A DNA stretch of 43,025 bases from positions 1-43,025 of the forward strand of contig CAZEIK010000005.1 in NCBI GenBank assembly GCA_964512315.1, given 5' to 3'. A program made the translations under genes and the position numbers. Positions within the stretch are counted from its first letter, which is position 1. Every line of letters starts with the position of its first letter. Below, piece after piece: positions 16,592 through 27,406 of the stretch. The notes under the pieces are model-generated. The model saw only the letters and a list, made by a program, of their open reading frames with translations. It was not told where the DNA came from and did not search any database. The DNA is from an uncultured Candidatus Saccharibacteria bacterium (GTDB lineage Bacteria; Patescibacteriota; Minisyncoccia; Phycocordibacterales; UBA5272).

Positions 16592-19500
16592 GCTTCGACC
16601 TCCTCGGTGACCGGTTCCTCATCCGCGATGGTGTCGCGGGCAGGTCGAGTGGTGACGCCACCGCCGAGTTGGAACGCCGGGGCGTCGTCGAGGCTGTGGT
16701 CACTCGGCTGGATGAGGAGGTTGACGTTGGGTTCGGTCTCGCGCATGGACCAGGGGCACGTGAAGAGGCCCCAGGAGGCGATGCCTGGAACGTCGAGGAG
16801 TGGGGCGATGGCCTTCTTGGGGTCGGCTGCGTAACCGAGGGTGCTGCCCTGACGACCTTGTTCGGCTCGCCATCGGTCGATGCGGGTCTGGAGCAGGTCC
16901 CGGACCAGGTCGCCGGAAGCGATGTCGCTGGTGACCAGTTCAGCTCGGGCGACGATCCGTTCGACGATCTCGTCGAGATCGGGGCTGTTGAGGGTGACAG
17001 CCTGGGCGCCTTCGTTGGGGTTCCAGGCGGGCTGCTCAGGGTTCTGGCGGGCCAGCGCCACGAGGACAGCGGAGAGGCCTCGGTCGAGAGCCCGTGGTGA
17101 GAACGGAGTGACCGACAGGGCTTCGACCTGCCGGTAGAAGGTCGAGTGGTAGTGCTCGAAGGTCTCGTAGTGCGAGAGGTCCCGTGGCCGTGACCAGTTG
17201 TAGAGCGTGAAGACCAGACCCGGGCCGTTCTGGGAGCGTCCGACCCGGGAGGTGGCCTGGATGTACTCGGAGGTGGTTTTGGGTTGCCCGACGGCGCACA
17301 TGACCCCGAGGCGGCCGACGTCGACGCCCACGGAGATCATGTTGGTGGCGAGCAGCACGTCGATCGGTGGTCGGCCGTCGCTGTCGGGGTCGAAGCGTTG
17401 CTTGAGCCGGTCGAGGACGTCGCGGATGTCACCGGAGCTGACCCGACTGGTCAGCTCCTCGACGCCGCTCGAGCGAATGCTGCGCTGGCCGAGACCCCGA
17501 CGGTTGGCTCGATAGGCGGCGTTCTTGACCTCATCGTCGACCAGCCGTCGAGTGCCGGCGAGCTCACGCAGCGCCGAGAAGTACCCAACGAGGGTCATCC
17601 ACGGGTCTGCTGCGACCCCATAGCGGTCGTAGAGGCGTTGGGCGGCAGCGAGGATGGCCGTGAAGACGCGGACCTCTGCGGACTTGAGCCGGAGGCCCGG
17701 GGCGCACAGGCCGACGTAGCGGCGGCCGGCCCGTTCGTCGAGGCTGCGTTCCTTGGCGAAGAACGAGTCGGACACGTCGAGGACCGGCGTCGGGAAGACC
17801 GCGAGGCCGCGGGCGAACAGTGCGTGGGCCTGCTCATCAGCGCGGCGGACCGTGGCGGTGGAGGCCACGACCTTGGGGCGCACGTCCACACCCTCGATGC
17901 TCCAGGTGGCGAGCTCGTCGATTGCCGTCTCGTACAGTCCGACCAGCGTGCCGAGCGGACCCGAGATGAGGTGCAGCTCGTCCTGGATGATCAGATCCGG
18001 TGGCCGCAGCGGATCGACCGCGACGGTGCGCGCTGAGGGCAGGTTGCCTGCTTGGGGTCCGGTCCGGTTGTGCGAGTCCCGTTCGGGGCGCTGCGGGTCG
18101 ATCGTGTCGAGGTCAGGTGACCGGTAGCCGTGGCGTTCGCATCGGCGCGACACCCGACCGAACAGGACGTGCAGCGGTCCGCGCCACGGGAGCTGCGCGA
18201 ACTTGTCGGCCGTGGAGATGATGAAGCTCGGCAGCAGCCGGTACAGCTCCTCGTCGACGGTCACCACGGGGAGGCCTTCGCCGGGGGAGCCGGCGTCGGT
18301 GAACGGGCAGGTGCCGAACGGGTCTCCGCAGAACAGCAGGGTCCGCCAGCGGTTCGGGTCAGTGCGAGCGTCACGTGCCGGGTCGAGACGCGTGCCACAC
18401 CACGGGCAGGTGACCAGCTGGACCGGGCTGGACCCGGCCGCTCGCCGCCGCCCAGCAGAGCGGGCCTCCTCGAGGGCGTACCCGGCGTCTTTGGTGCGGT
18501 TCGGGGCGACGTTGGCGCCCACCCACATGCCCAGTCGGAACGGTTCGTCACCCCATCGAGGGTCATCACCGATGAGCTCACGCCGGCGTACCTCGCAGGC
18601 GCAAATGAGCGCTGCGGCTCGTTCGAACTGCTGGGCGGTCAGCAGGCGCAGCGTGTAGCGCATGAGCACGGCGACTCCGCCGGAGCGGCCATCGAAGCCG
18701 GCGACCGTGCCTTGCAGCCGGCGGACCGCCAGCGTGAACGCCGTGAGGCCGAGGTAGGCCTCGGTCTTGCCGCCACCGGTCGGGAAGAAGAGCAGGTCGA
18801 CCAGACCCTCGTCGCGGGTGCGTTGAGGGTGGGTCGGCTCAGTGAGCGACGGCAGGTTCAGGATCAGGAACGCCAACTGGAACGGACGCCAGGACCGGTT
18901 GAAAGACTGGTCGACGTCGGCGAGCGCCGCCGCGAGCTCGATCTGCGGGTCGTCGCGGCGCTTGTCGGAGGCGAGCGTGTGGACGCGCTGCTGCCACATG
19001 ACGTGGTTCGCGAACCGGAAGGCCTCGGCCGCGTCGGTCTCTTGTCCACCGATGGGTTCGAGCAGCGCGACTCCGGCGCGGAGTCGGTCGGCGGCGCGGC
19101 GTGCATCCGCCAGCGCTGCTTCTGCCGATCCTTGGTGTTCGTCGAGGCGGTCCATGCCAGCGTCGAGGCGGACCTGCTGTTCGTCGAGCCACAGGTCGTA
19201 GGCGTCGACGAGCGGCGACACGGCCGCGACCAGCGCTGAGCCTTCGAGCGAACCGAGGGTGGCCATGTCGAGCACCACGCCCGAGAGGGCCGCCTTCACG
19301 GAGTCGGATCGGGACGGGTCTGACGGTCCCGGGGCCTCGGTCAACGGGACCTCGTGGCTGGGCACGGCGGTGGTGACGATCCGGACAGCTCGCGTCACGT
19401 CCCCCGCTGCGACCTCGGCGTGCGTGGCGGTGCCGTGGCCTACGGCGAACTCGACCCGGTTGCGGTACTGGAGGTCCAACAAGGCGAGCTCGTCGATCTC

Positions 19501-20214
19501 CGCCGGGGTCTCGTTGCCGAGGACGTCGGAGCGGCCGCAGAACACCGGGGCGCCGTCTGGTGACTCGACCGCCATCGACACCTGGTAGAGCCACGCCTCG
19601 TCCTTGTTGCGGTCCGGCGGCAGCTGATCGTTCACCAGGAACAGCGACACGAGCCATCCATGCGCGAGCCGGGTCGCCTTGCCCCGAACGATCACGTCCG
19701 GCTGCTCGGCGACCGGTGACGCCGGCGTGATCTCCCCGGCCACCACGGGGACGGTCACCTGACCTGACATCGGGTGGCGCTGCCACACCGTCGCCGGCCC
19801 ACCCTCGCCGTCGCCCGCGGCCTCCTTCAGGTACCGCCCCCACGACGCGGTCACGACGAGCTCCGAGGTCCCGTCAGCAACCGTGAAGCTCACCCCGAGG
19901 CTTGACGGGAAGAGCGACGGCTTGGCGGCCACCTCTGTGTCGTCGCTACCTGAGTCATCGGAGACAGCGGTGACCGCCCCGGTCCCCTCCGAGCGCTCGC
20001 GACGCTCAGGATCCAAGGCCAGCGACTGCTTGGGCGCCAACGACCCAGTGATGTACCGCTCGTTCACCCGAGCGCGGCCGGGAAGCTGCTCGAGCTCACC
20101 ACCTGCAGGCCCATGCAGCTCACCGATCACTAGGCCTTCGAGCTCCGCACGCAGCGACCCCGGCGACGGCACCTCGACAACCAAGCCCTCGCCGTCCGGT
20201 TCGGTACCCGTCAT
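16588..20214 (-). CDS. drmA: DISARM DrmA, superfamily-2 DEAD/DEAH-like helicase
   Basis: Walker A FFPTGGGKTEAYLGL. Motif II IIQDELHLISGPLGT. C-terminal helicase motifs ATNMISVGVDVGRLGVM and QATSRVGR. ATGA overlap with the drmMI stop. Confidence 0.85.
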   Translation of the reverse strand: MTGTEPDGEGLVVEVPSPGSLRAELEGLVIGELHGPAGGELEQLPGRARVNERYITGSLAPKQSLALDPERRERSEGTGAVTAVSDDSGSDDTEVAAKPSLFPSSLGVSFTVADGTSELVVTASWGRYLKEAAGDGEGGPATVWQRHPMSGQVTVPVVAGEITPASPVAEQPDVIVRGKATRLAHGWLVSLFLVNDQLPPDRNKDEAWLYQVSMAVESPDGAPVFCGRSDVLGNETPAEIDELALLDLQYRNRVEFAVGHGTATHAEVAAGDVTRAVRIVTTAVPSHEVPLTEAPGPSDPSRSDSVKAALSGVVLDMATLGSLEGSALVAAVSPLVDAYDLWLDEQQVRLDAGMDRLDEHQGSAEAALADARRAADRLRAGVALLEPIGGQETDAAEAFRFANHVMWQQRVHTLASDKRRDDPQIELAAALADVDQSFNRSWRPFQLAFLILNLPSLTEPTHPQRTRDEGLVDLLFFPTGGGKTEAYLGLTAFTLAVRRLQGTVAGFDGRSGGVAVLMRYTLRLLTAQQFERAAALICACEVRRRELIGDDPRWGDEPFRLGMWVGANVAPNRTKDAGYALEEARSAGRRRAAGSSPVQLVTCPWCGTRLDPARDARTDPNRWRTLLFCGDPFGTCPFTDAGSPGEGLPVVTVDEELYRLLPSFIISTADKFAQLPWRGPLHVLFGRVSRRCERHGYRSPDLDTIDPQRPERDSHNRTGPQAGNLPSARTVAVDPLRPPDLIIQDELHLISGPLGTLVGLYETAIDELATWSIEGVDVRPKVVASTATVRRADEQAHALFARGLAVFPTPVLDVSDSFFAKERSLDERAGRRYVGLCAPGLRLKSAEVRVFTAILAAAQRLYDRYGVAADPWMTLVGYFSALRELAGTRRLVDDEVKNAAYRANRRGLGQRSIRSSGVEELTSRVSSGDIRDVLDRLKQRFDPDSDGRPPIDVLLATNMISVGVDVGRLGVMCAVGQPKTTSEYIQATSRVGRSQNGPGLVFTLYNWSRPRDLSHYETFEHYHSTFYRQVEALSVTPFSPRALDRGLSAVLVALARQNPEQPAWNPNEGAQAVTLNSPDLDEIVERIVARAELVTSDIASGDLVRDLLQTRIDRWRAEQGRQGSTLGYAADPKKAIAPLLDVPGIASWGLFTCPWSMRETEPNVNLLIQPSDHSLDDAPAFQLGGGVTTRPARDTIADEEPVTEEVEA

Positions 20215-23200
20215 GGCGCTCCACCTTCATCGCCGAACAGCGCGGGAGACGGCGCAGACACCTTCTTCGCCTTGGAGGGCTTCGTGACCGTGCCGTGGAG
20301 GCCCTGCGCCACCTCGGCCTCGTACCGCTCCCTGTTCAGTTCGAGCAAACGCTCCAGCACCTCCGTCGCTGCTGCGGGCGAGAACGTGTACCGAATGCCT
20401 TGGCCCCGCACCGGATGAAACCCATGGTCCAGATCCAAACCGTGCCAGCCATAGGCGTCTCGCACCACCTCATCGAGATTTCGGTGCAACTCCCGCAACC
20501 GCACGATGCCCGGCGACGCATCCTCTGGGTCATGCACCCGGTTGTAGGTCACCGTCAGCCCCTCATCTCGCACCACCATGAGTTCCGCTCGGTGCTCGTT
20601 CAGGACACGGCCGGCAGTAGCTACGGCTTCGGCCATCGAGGGCTGGGGGAAGGTCTCGAAGACATCAGAAGGCGTGTAGACAGGATCCACCCTCATGGAA
20701 CTGCCATGGCGGAGCACCCAGTGCCAGTGAAGCCCAGAGCTCAACACCCCGAAGTGAAAGTCGTCCTCAAAGGCGAACACGACGAGCTTGTGTGAGAACA
20801 CCTGACGGGGCGCCACGAACGCGGGCAGCTGCAGCTTGCTCGTCTGGCACAAAACAAGCACTCGGCTTGCGCCCTCGATGCGTCGGTACATCTCCATGGT
20901 GGGGCGAGTGAAGCGCCACCAGATCTCCCGCCGGGTTCGGTCCTTGTTCAGCGCACGTTCCGGCTTGACCTTCTCTTCAACGATGGCGAAGCAGTCCGGG
21001 TAGGCACGAGCCCGAGCCTCATCCCAGTCAAGGAAGTTGACCACCCAACGTGGCGCCGTATGCGTGGGGGACGTGTTGAGGTCCTGTCCGCCGAGGTATG
21101 GGAGGAGCACGTCCGCGTTACGTGAGTCCCGATCAATGAGTGCATGCGCCTCCTGAGGGCTCATGGTGAACCCCATCCCCAGAACGAGCGACCCCTGGAA
21201 CGACTTGCCGGCATTGGCCGCGAGTCGCCGTTTCCGCCAGCCCGAGCGAGGCACGGGGTAGAGCATTTCGTCGATGCCCACGACCGTCTCCCCATCAAGG
21301 ACTCGGGCGCCGGAGAACGGTTCGCGCTGAGCCCAGACCTTGGCGATCTCGAGACTGGCGCGACCGGGCCAGGGCGTGGAGGAGACGGCGCGCTGAATCG
21401 TCCAGCCTGCGTCGATCATCTGGGCGAGTCCGACCTCACTTGTGTCGCCTTGGGCGACGGTGTTCGTGGCGAGAAACCCGAACGACGGACCAAGTTGGCC
21501 GGCACGGAGGAGGAAATAGGCAACAAGGTCCGCCGATCCCTTCTTGCGGCCGCCGATCCAGCGAACGAGGTACTCCCGGGCGGTCTCGCCCATAGCGCCA
21601 GTGATCTTCTGGCCGCCGACGAACGGTGGGTTCCCGACGAAGTGGAAGCCCGGTTCGGCTCGGTCGAGGAAAGCCTCGGGGAACTCGAGCGGCCAGTGGA
21701 GGGCGTGCCGCACGGGCGCCTGGTCGGGTCGGCCGGCATTGAGCCACTCCTGGGCCGTGGCCGCCAGTTCGGTGAGGAGCAGCTGGCGAGATGCGCCGTC
21801 GAGGTCCTCGTCGAGCGCAGACGCGACACGCTGCGCAACGACCCGGAGTCGAGCGTCGAGGGCTGCGGGCTTCTGGGCAGACGTCGAGATGGCGGCACCG
21901 CATACGAGGTCAGCGATGATGCGAAGCGCCTGGAGATCGGCATCGGCCTCGGCAGTGAGTCGGGCCTTGTCCTCGGCATCTCGAACGGTCAGAACGCGGA
22001 TCTCAGCAAGACGACGCCGCCGTTCGAGCGCCTGCTTCACGAGCGAGTCGAGGCTGGCGGTCCAGTCGAACAGGCTCTGGTGAAGCCCGCGGCCGGCGGC
22101 GGGGTCAAGGTGGAGCCAGCGAATCTGGTCGAGGTCGGTCACGCCAAGAAGGGCGTCACCGACACGAATGGCGTGGTCGAGAAAGGTGAATGGCCGGTCC
22201 TTAGCCATGGTGGTGAGCCACAGGGAGAGCTTGGCCATCTCGGCGGCGAGCGGGTCGCGGTCAACGCCGTAGAGGCAGCGGTCGGCGACTGCGCGCCGGG
22301 CGGTCAGACGAATCTCATCTGCCAGGCCCTGGGCTTCGGCTGCCTCCTCCGCCGTCCAGGCCTCGACGAGTCGGTCGGCAAGATACCGCCCGGCCGCAAC
22401 GAGGATCGCTCCGCTTCCCACGGCTGGATCGCAGATCTTCAAGTCGAGGAGCTCTGCGGACGATCGGAGCTTCCAGTCCTCGGGGTGGGTCCCGTCCTGG
22501 GGCCCTGGCGAGTAGACGAGGGGTTCGAGGGCGTATCGGGCGACCTCGTCGGCGAGGTCCTTGGTGGTGTACTCGACGCCCCCTTCGCGTCGCGTGGACG
22601 TCTGGGTCACGTAGATGGACCCTTCGAGCATGACGACCGGAAGATCTCGAAGGTCGCGTCGCAGCAGGTGGAGGTAGGGCAGCAGCCGATCGGTGAGGTG
22701 CTGATCGTTGTCGACGGCGGCTGCGAGGAGTTGGCGGTCGTTGTCTCCGGGCGGAGCGTCGAGGAGCCTGGTGAGTTGCTTGTCGGTCTTGCCGGTAGCG
22801 GCCTTCAGCCAGCGGACGAGATCGGCGCGGCCGGTGGCCGCAGCGTGCTCGAGTTCGGCGAGCGGGACCTCGGGTTCGTCACCAGGCTTGCCGACGAGCC
22901 CGAGCGTGGTGGTGTCCACCATGCGGACGGAGTGGTCGAGGAGACCTTCGTACACGTGGCCGATCTGTTCGACCTCGAGCGTGCGGTACGAGAGCTGGCG
23001 GGCCTCCCGCACGCCACCTTCGGTGAACTGGAGGACCTGGAGGCTCTCGAGGATCGCGAGCATCGTGAGGTCATCGACGGGGATCGGTTCCGCGTGGCTC
23101 TGCCGCCAGGGTTCGTCTCCGGTACGGCCTTCGAGGAAGGGGTAGCGGTCGGGGTCGAAGAGCCGGCCGCCGTAGGGCGGGATGCGCAGGGTGTCGTGGG

Positions 23201-24233
23201 TGAGTCCACCGTGGATGGCTCGGAAGAGGGCGAGCACCCGGTACCAGGCCGCGCTGCGTCGTTCGAGGGGCTCCTCGCCATGGAGGTCTCGTTCGGCTTG
23301 GAGTTGGTCTCGCAGGGTGCTGAGGGCATAGGAGCGTGCGTAGAGGTCGTCGTCGAGTGGAAGGAGGTCCTGTTCTTCGGCGTAGAGCAGGAAGACGAGG
23401 CGCATGAGCACGGTGACGGTGCCCTGGTAGATCTCGGTGGGTTCGAGGTCGCGGAGGAGGTCTCCGTTGCGCTCGCGGTTGGCCCGGCTGATCGACGCGA
23501 CGAGGAGCTCGACAGCGGCGCGGACTTGGCGACCGAGCTGGTCGGCGACGATCTCTTGGGCAGTGGCGGACTCGGCGAGGAGCGACTCGATCGTGTCACT
23601 GGGTTGGACGGAGAAGAACCGGCGAGCGGAGAGGAGCGAGGTGAAGGCGTCGAGCACGGCGGCTTCTTCGCTGAACAAGCTGGCGAGGAAGGTCGCCGAT
23701 CCGGGCGGGGCTTCGACTGGTGCCCAAACGAGCCGCCACTGGTTGGCGTCGGTGACGATGGCAAGCGGGACGCCGGTGGCTTGGCAGAGCTTGGCGGCTC
23801 GTTCAGCTGGGGTGGCGGACCAGTGCTCCCCGGGGAGCTTTGTGTCGAGGGCGGTGCCGAGCGGCCACACGCAGACGAGGGCACGGGCCTTCTCTCGGCC
23901 CTCGACAGGTTCGATGAGGATGTGATCGGGGCGCAGCACTGCGTTGTGCTCACCGATGACATGGGTGAGCGTGGCGGGCACTTCGGGACCGGATCGGACC
24001 CGGCCTCCCCAGCCGAGCAGGTCGTGCAGCACCCAGTCGATCCACGCGGTTCGAGCTGCAGGGTCGGTCAGGTCGGCCGGTCGACGGTCTCGGGTGGCTT
24101 GGCGTAGGACAGGGTCGGTGCGGTCGAGTCCGTTGGGGAACACCCGGTTGAGCACCGGGAGGGTGACGAAGCTTCCCGCCGGTTCGACGAGCGAGAGCCA
24201 GTCGGCGTGGCGGTAGGCGACGGCGCGGCTCAT
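20211..24233 (-). CDS. drmMI: DISARM DrmMI, large Eco57I-like N6-adenine DNA methyltransferase
   Basis: SAM motif I ICDPAVGSGAILVAAG and catalytic motif IV FHFVGNPPFVGG (NPPF). ATG 24233 overlaps the drmD stop (ATGA). The upstream 127 codons of ORF 20211..24614 are Arg-rich overlap with drmD. Confidence 0.85.
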   Translation of the reverse strand: MSRAVAYRHADWLSLVEPAGSFVTLPVLNRVFPNGLDRTDPVLRQATRDRRPADLTDPAARTAWIDWVLHDLLGWGGRVRSGPEVPATLTHVIGEHNAVLRPDHILIEPVEGREKARALVCVWPLGTALDTKLPGEHWSATPAERAAKLCQATGVPLAIVTDANQWRLVWAPVEAPPGSATFLASLFSEEAAVLDAFTSLLSARRFFSVQPSDTIESLLAESATAQEIVADQLGRQVRAAVELLVASISRANRERNGDLLRDLEPTEIYQGTVTVLMRLVFLLYAEEQDLLPLDDDLYARSYALSTLRDQLQAERDLHGEEPLERRSAAWYRVLALFRAIHGGLTHDTLRIPPYGGRLFDPDRYPFLEGRTGDEPWRQSHAEPIPVDDLTMLAILESLQVLQFTEGGVREARQLSYRTLEVEQIGHVYEGLLDHSVRMVDTTTLGLVGKPGDEPEVPLAELEHAAATGRADLVRWLKAATGKTDKQLTRLLDAPPGDNDRQLLAAAVDNDQHLTDRLLPYLHLLRRDLRDLPVVMLEGSIYVTQTSTRREGGVEYTTKDLADEVARYALEPLVYSPGPQDGTHPEDWKLRSSAELLDLKICDPAVGSGAILVAAGRYLADRLVEAWTAEEAAEAQGLADEIRLTARRAVADRCLYGVDRDPLAAEMAKLSLWLTTMAKDRPFTFLDHAIRVGDALLGVTDLDQIRWLHLDPAAGRGLHQSLFDWTASLDSLVKQALERRRRLAEIRVLTVRDAEDKARLTAEADADLQALRIIADLVCGAAISTSAQKPAALDARLRVVAQRVASALDEDLDGASRQLLLTELAATAQEWLNAGRPDQAPVRHALHWPLEFPEAFLDRAEPGFHFVGNPPFVGGQKITGAMGETAREYLVRWIGGRKKGSADLVAYFLLRAGQLGPSFGFLATNTVAQGDTSEVGLAQMIDAGWTIQRAVSSTPWPGRASLEIAKVWAQREPFSGARVLDGETVVGIDEMLYPVPRSGWRKRRLAANAGKSFQGSLVLGMGFTMSPQEAHALIDRDSRNADVLLPYLGGQDLNTSPTHTAPRWVVNFLDWDEARARAYPDCFAIVEEKVKPERALNKDRTRREIWWRFTRPTMEMYRRIEGASRVLVLCQTSKLQLPAFVAPRQVFSHKLVVFAFEDDFHFGVLSSGLHWHWVLRHGSSMRVDPVYTPSDVFETFPQPSMAEAVATAGRVLNEHRAELMVVRDEGLTVTYNRVHDPEDASPGIVRLRELHRNLDEVVRDAYGWHGLDLDHGFHPVRGQGIRYTFSPAAATEVLERLLELNRERYEAEVAQGLHGTVTKPSKAKKVSAPSPALFGDEGGAP

Positions 24234-27200
24234 CGGATGCCCCCGGCGGGGACCAGGAACTCGACGGCGGCAGGGAACAGGCGAGGTGTCGGTGCTGCGT
24301 AGCGAGCGCGGACGGCGGCGGCTTCTTGGTCGATCTCGTCGGGGATCTCGTCGAGGCGTCGCTGGAGGGCGTCGACGTTGCGTTCGAGCTGGTCTCGTTC
24401 GGCGTGGTCGAAGTCGAGGGTGAGCTGGGCCATGTCTTCGCCCCGGATCCGGCGGAGCTCGCTGTCGATGCTGTCGCGCAGGTCGGTGAGCACCGCAGTG
24501 ATGGCGTCGATGTCGGCGGCCTCGCGTTCGCCGAGGCGACGCATGAGTGACTGGAGCCGCTCGTCTGAGCGGGCTTCGAGGGAGGCGTAGACGCTGTCGG
24601 CGATCCGGGGCCAAAGCGCTGCGATCTGGGCCTCGGCCGCCGCACCTGCGGGCTCGTAGGTGGCGGCGTCGAGGGCGTCGTTGGTTTGGCCGATGTTCCA
24701 GCGGGCGTAGCTGCCTGATCTGACCCGCCCGCCGGCGGTGATGACCTCTTCGTGAAGGCGGCGTCCGTCGCCGCCCACAAGGACGAGTCGGGCGTAGGCG
24801 ACGACACCCAGTTCGTCGAGGTCGGTGCCACCGATACGCGCCGATACGCGGCCCATCCGGACATCGGCGCCTGACGACCAGATCTCGGCGCGGAGGGTCC
24901 GCATGGCTTGGGCGACGAGCCGGTGGTTCAGGTGCGCCAGGAGAACGTCATCGTGGTCTGCCGCGACGTCATGGTCGAAGGTGATGGGACGGCGAACCTC
25001 GGCGATGGGGTCGTAGAGGTCCATGGTCGTGGTGCGCCACGACCGGGTGAGCGGTGGCACGTCGAACACGTCGACCTCGCCAGTGGGTCGGGCGAGGGTG
25101 GTGGGCCGAAGCGGCGCTTGGTGGGCGAGCTCGAGGGCCGTATTGGTGACGCGCTCGACGTTGGCCGGGTGGAGGTGCAACTCGGCGATGCTTTCGGCGA
25201 GCTGGTCGTGGAGGTCAGCGATGCGCTGCCGCAGGTCTCGCTCGAGCCGGTTGAGTGCCCGGGCAGCCTTGTTGCGGTCGGAAGTGGCGGTCCTGGTCGG
25301 GTCCGCTGTGCGGCCGAGCATGGCGGCTTCGACCTCAGCGGCGAGCACGGGGCCGGCGGTGCCGAGGTCGTCTCGGATGGTGTCGACCTTGCGGGCGATG
25401 AGCGACAGGAACGCAAGGTCGGCTTCGAGGGTGCCGTCTGTGACCCCAGCCCACTTCTGGGGGGTCGCGTCGTGCCATCCGGTACCGACGAAATGGTGGA
25501 TCATCACGTCGGGAGCGGGCTGGCCGTGGCGGTCGACTCGGCCGTTGCGCTGTTCGAGCTTGGTGGGCGAGAACGGGATCTCGACGTGCACGAGCCGGTG
25601 GCAGTGCCGTTGCAGGTCGATGCCTTCGCTGGCGGCGTCGGTGGCGAGCAGGATCCGCACCGGGCGCAGCGACGGGTCATGTTGGAACTCGGCCTTGATC
25701 CGTTCGCGTGCATCGGTGTCCATGCCGCCGTAGAGGAGCGCGAGGCGGTCGCCGCCGAGGCCGCGGGCTTCGAGCAGCTGTTGCAGGTACCGCTGGGTGG
25801 TGCGGTACTCGGTGAACACGATGATGCGTTCGTCGTTCCAGGTGCGCTTGCCGCCACGCTTGGTCGGGCAGCAGGTGTCCTCAATCCACTGGAGGAGCCG
25901 TTCGGTCTTGGCGTCGGGCCGTCCTCGGTTGGCGTTCGCCCAGACCGTCATGCGGTCGAGGAGCTCGAGCTGCTCGGCATCCGCTGCGCCTGTGGCGACT
26001 GCGGCTGCCGCGAGGGCGGCTTCCTCGGCCTCGGTTGCAGCGTCCTCGTCGTCGAAGTCCTCTTCGAGGCGGTCGAAGAGGGTGTCGACTTCGGTCGAGC
26101 GCGCGGGGCCAGCTGCGGCGAGGGTGCGGCGGTGCAGTTCGAGCGTGGAGGCGAACGCCGCCGGCGACGAGAAGAGACGCTTCTTGAGGAGCAGGGTGAC
26201 CAGGTCGGCGGTCCCCTTCGCACCCTGCGCCTTGACGGCGGTTCGTCGAAGCTGCGCGTATCGGTTCAAGTCGGCGTGGACGGCGACTTCGTCGGGCGGG
26301 TAGGTGACCTCGAGGGGTACGACTCGTCGGGCCGCGAACCGTGGAGTGCCGTCGGCGTTGACGATGTCGCTCTTGAGCCGACGGACGAGCGCTGAGGCCA
26401 GGGTCGCTGGCTTCGGTTCTACGCCGCGGGCGAAGCGCTGCGGGTCGAGGAGCTCGAGCAGCGCCGTGAACGACTCGGTGTAGCCGTTGTGCGGGGTGGC
26501 AGAGAGGAACAGCCGGTGCTCGAAGTGGGGGGCGATCTCGCGGATCGCCTTGGTCCGCTGGGAGTCCACGGCGTAGCGGCCCCGTCCCGACGGTGCGCAC
26601 TGGTGGACCTCGTCGATCACGAGCAGGTCGAAGCGCCGCGGGTACGCGTGCGCGTCAGCCGGGAGCACCTCCCGCAGCAGGCCCATGGCCCGTGGGCGCT
26701 TGAGCCAGTCCATGGAGACGATCAGACGTGGGAACACCCGGAACGGGTTGGCTCCCATCCCACGGGTGCGGCGCAGGTCTCGCAGCAGTTCGGCGTTGAC
26801 CACCCGGAAGTCGAGCCCGAACTTCTCGGCCATCTCGGACTGCCACTTGAGGCACAGCGAGGCGGGGCAGACGATCATCACCGTCCGGGCCCGATGCCGC
26901 AGCAGCAGCTCTTGGACGACGAGGCCCGCTTCGATGGTCTTGCCGAGGCCGACGTCGTCGGCCACCAAGAGGTTCACGCGGGGCATGCGCAGCGCCCGGA
27001 CCACGGGGTCGAGCTGGTAGTCCTCGATCTGGATGCCCGACCGGAACGGTGCTTGCAGGGCTTTGGGGTCCGCTGAGGCGACGGCACCCCAGCGGACGGC
27101 GTCGAGGAACGCAGCGAGGGTGGATGGGTCGTCGAAGCCTCCGTCGCGGGGCACTGGCAGGGTGGCGGTCTCCAACACGGCTGCGCCGGGCTCGACCTCC

Positions 27201-27406
27201 CAGATGACGTCGAGGTCGTCGGTGGCGCCATCGTCCTCGACCGAGATCAGCGATACCAGGTGCTGCACACCAGCGTCCGAGCCCGAGAGCTCGTCGGTCG
27301 GTAGCGACCCTGCGGACACCTCGGCGACGATCCAGTGGCGGTCTCGAACGAGCACCAGTTGGCCACGCTCCGGGACCGCCGTTCCCAAGCTCTCGACCAC
27401 CGTCAC
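24230..27406 (-). CDS. drmD: DISARM DrmD, SNF2-family helicase/ATPase
   Basis: SNF2 motifs LLVADDVGLGKTIEAG, LLVIDEVHQC, and C-terminal LLATDAASEGIDLQ...QRNGRVDRHGQ. GTG 27406 is preferred because GGGGAGGG lies 6 nt upstream. The ORF stays open to ATG 27484. Confidence 0.85.
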   Translation of the reverse strand: MTVVESLGTAVPERGQLVLVRDRHWIVAEVSAGSLPTDELSGSDAGVQHLVSLISVEDDGATDDLDVIWEVEPGAAVLETATLPVPRDGGFDDPSTLAAFLDAVRWGAVASADPKALQAPFRSGIQIEDYQLDPVVRALRMPRVNLLVADDVGLGKTIEAGLVVQELLLRHRARTVMIVCPASLCLKWQSEMAEKFGLDFRVVNAELLRDLRRTRGMGANPFRVFPRLIVSMDWLKRPRAMGLLREVLPADAHAYPRRFDLLVIDEVHQCAPSGRGRYAVDSQRTKAIREIAPHFEHRLFLSATPHNGYTESFTALLELLDPQRFARGVEPKPATLASALVRRLKSDIVNADGTPRFAARRVVPLEVTYPPDEVAVHADLNRYAQLRRTAVKAQGAKGTADLVTLLLKKRLFSSPAAFASTLELHRRTLAAAGPARSTEVDTLFDRLEEDFDDEDAATEAEEAALAAAAVATGAADAEQLELLDRMTVWANANRGRPDAKTERLLQWIEDTCCPTKRGGKRTWNDERIIVFTEYRTTQRYLQQLLEARGLGGDRLALLYGGMDTDARERIKAEFQHDPSLRPVRILLATDAASEGIDLQRHCHRLVHVEIPFSPTKLEQRNGRVDRHGQPAPDVMIHHFVGTGWHDATPQKWAGVTDGTLEADLAFLSLIARKVDTIRDDLGTAGPVLAAEVEAAMLGRTADPTRTATSDRNKAARALNRLERDLRQRIADLHDQLAESIAELHLHPANVERVTNTALELAHQAPLRPTTLARPTGEVDVFDVPPLTRSWRTTTMDLYDPIAEVRRPITFDHDVAADHDDVLLAHLNHRLVAQAMRTLRAEIWSSGADVRMGRVSARIGGTDLDELGVVAYARLVLVGGDGRRLHEEVITAGGRVRSGSYARWNIGQTNDALDAATYEPAGAAAEAQIAALWPRIADSVYASLEARSDERLQSLMRRLGEREAADIDAITAVLTDLRDSIDSELRRIRGEDMAQLTLDFDHAERDQLERNVDALQRRLDEIPDEIDQEAAAVRARYAAPTPRLFPAAVEFLVPAGGIR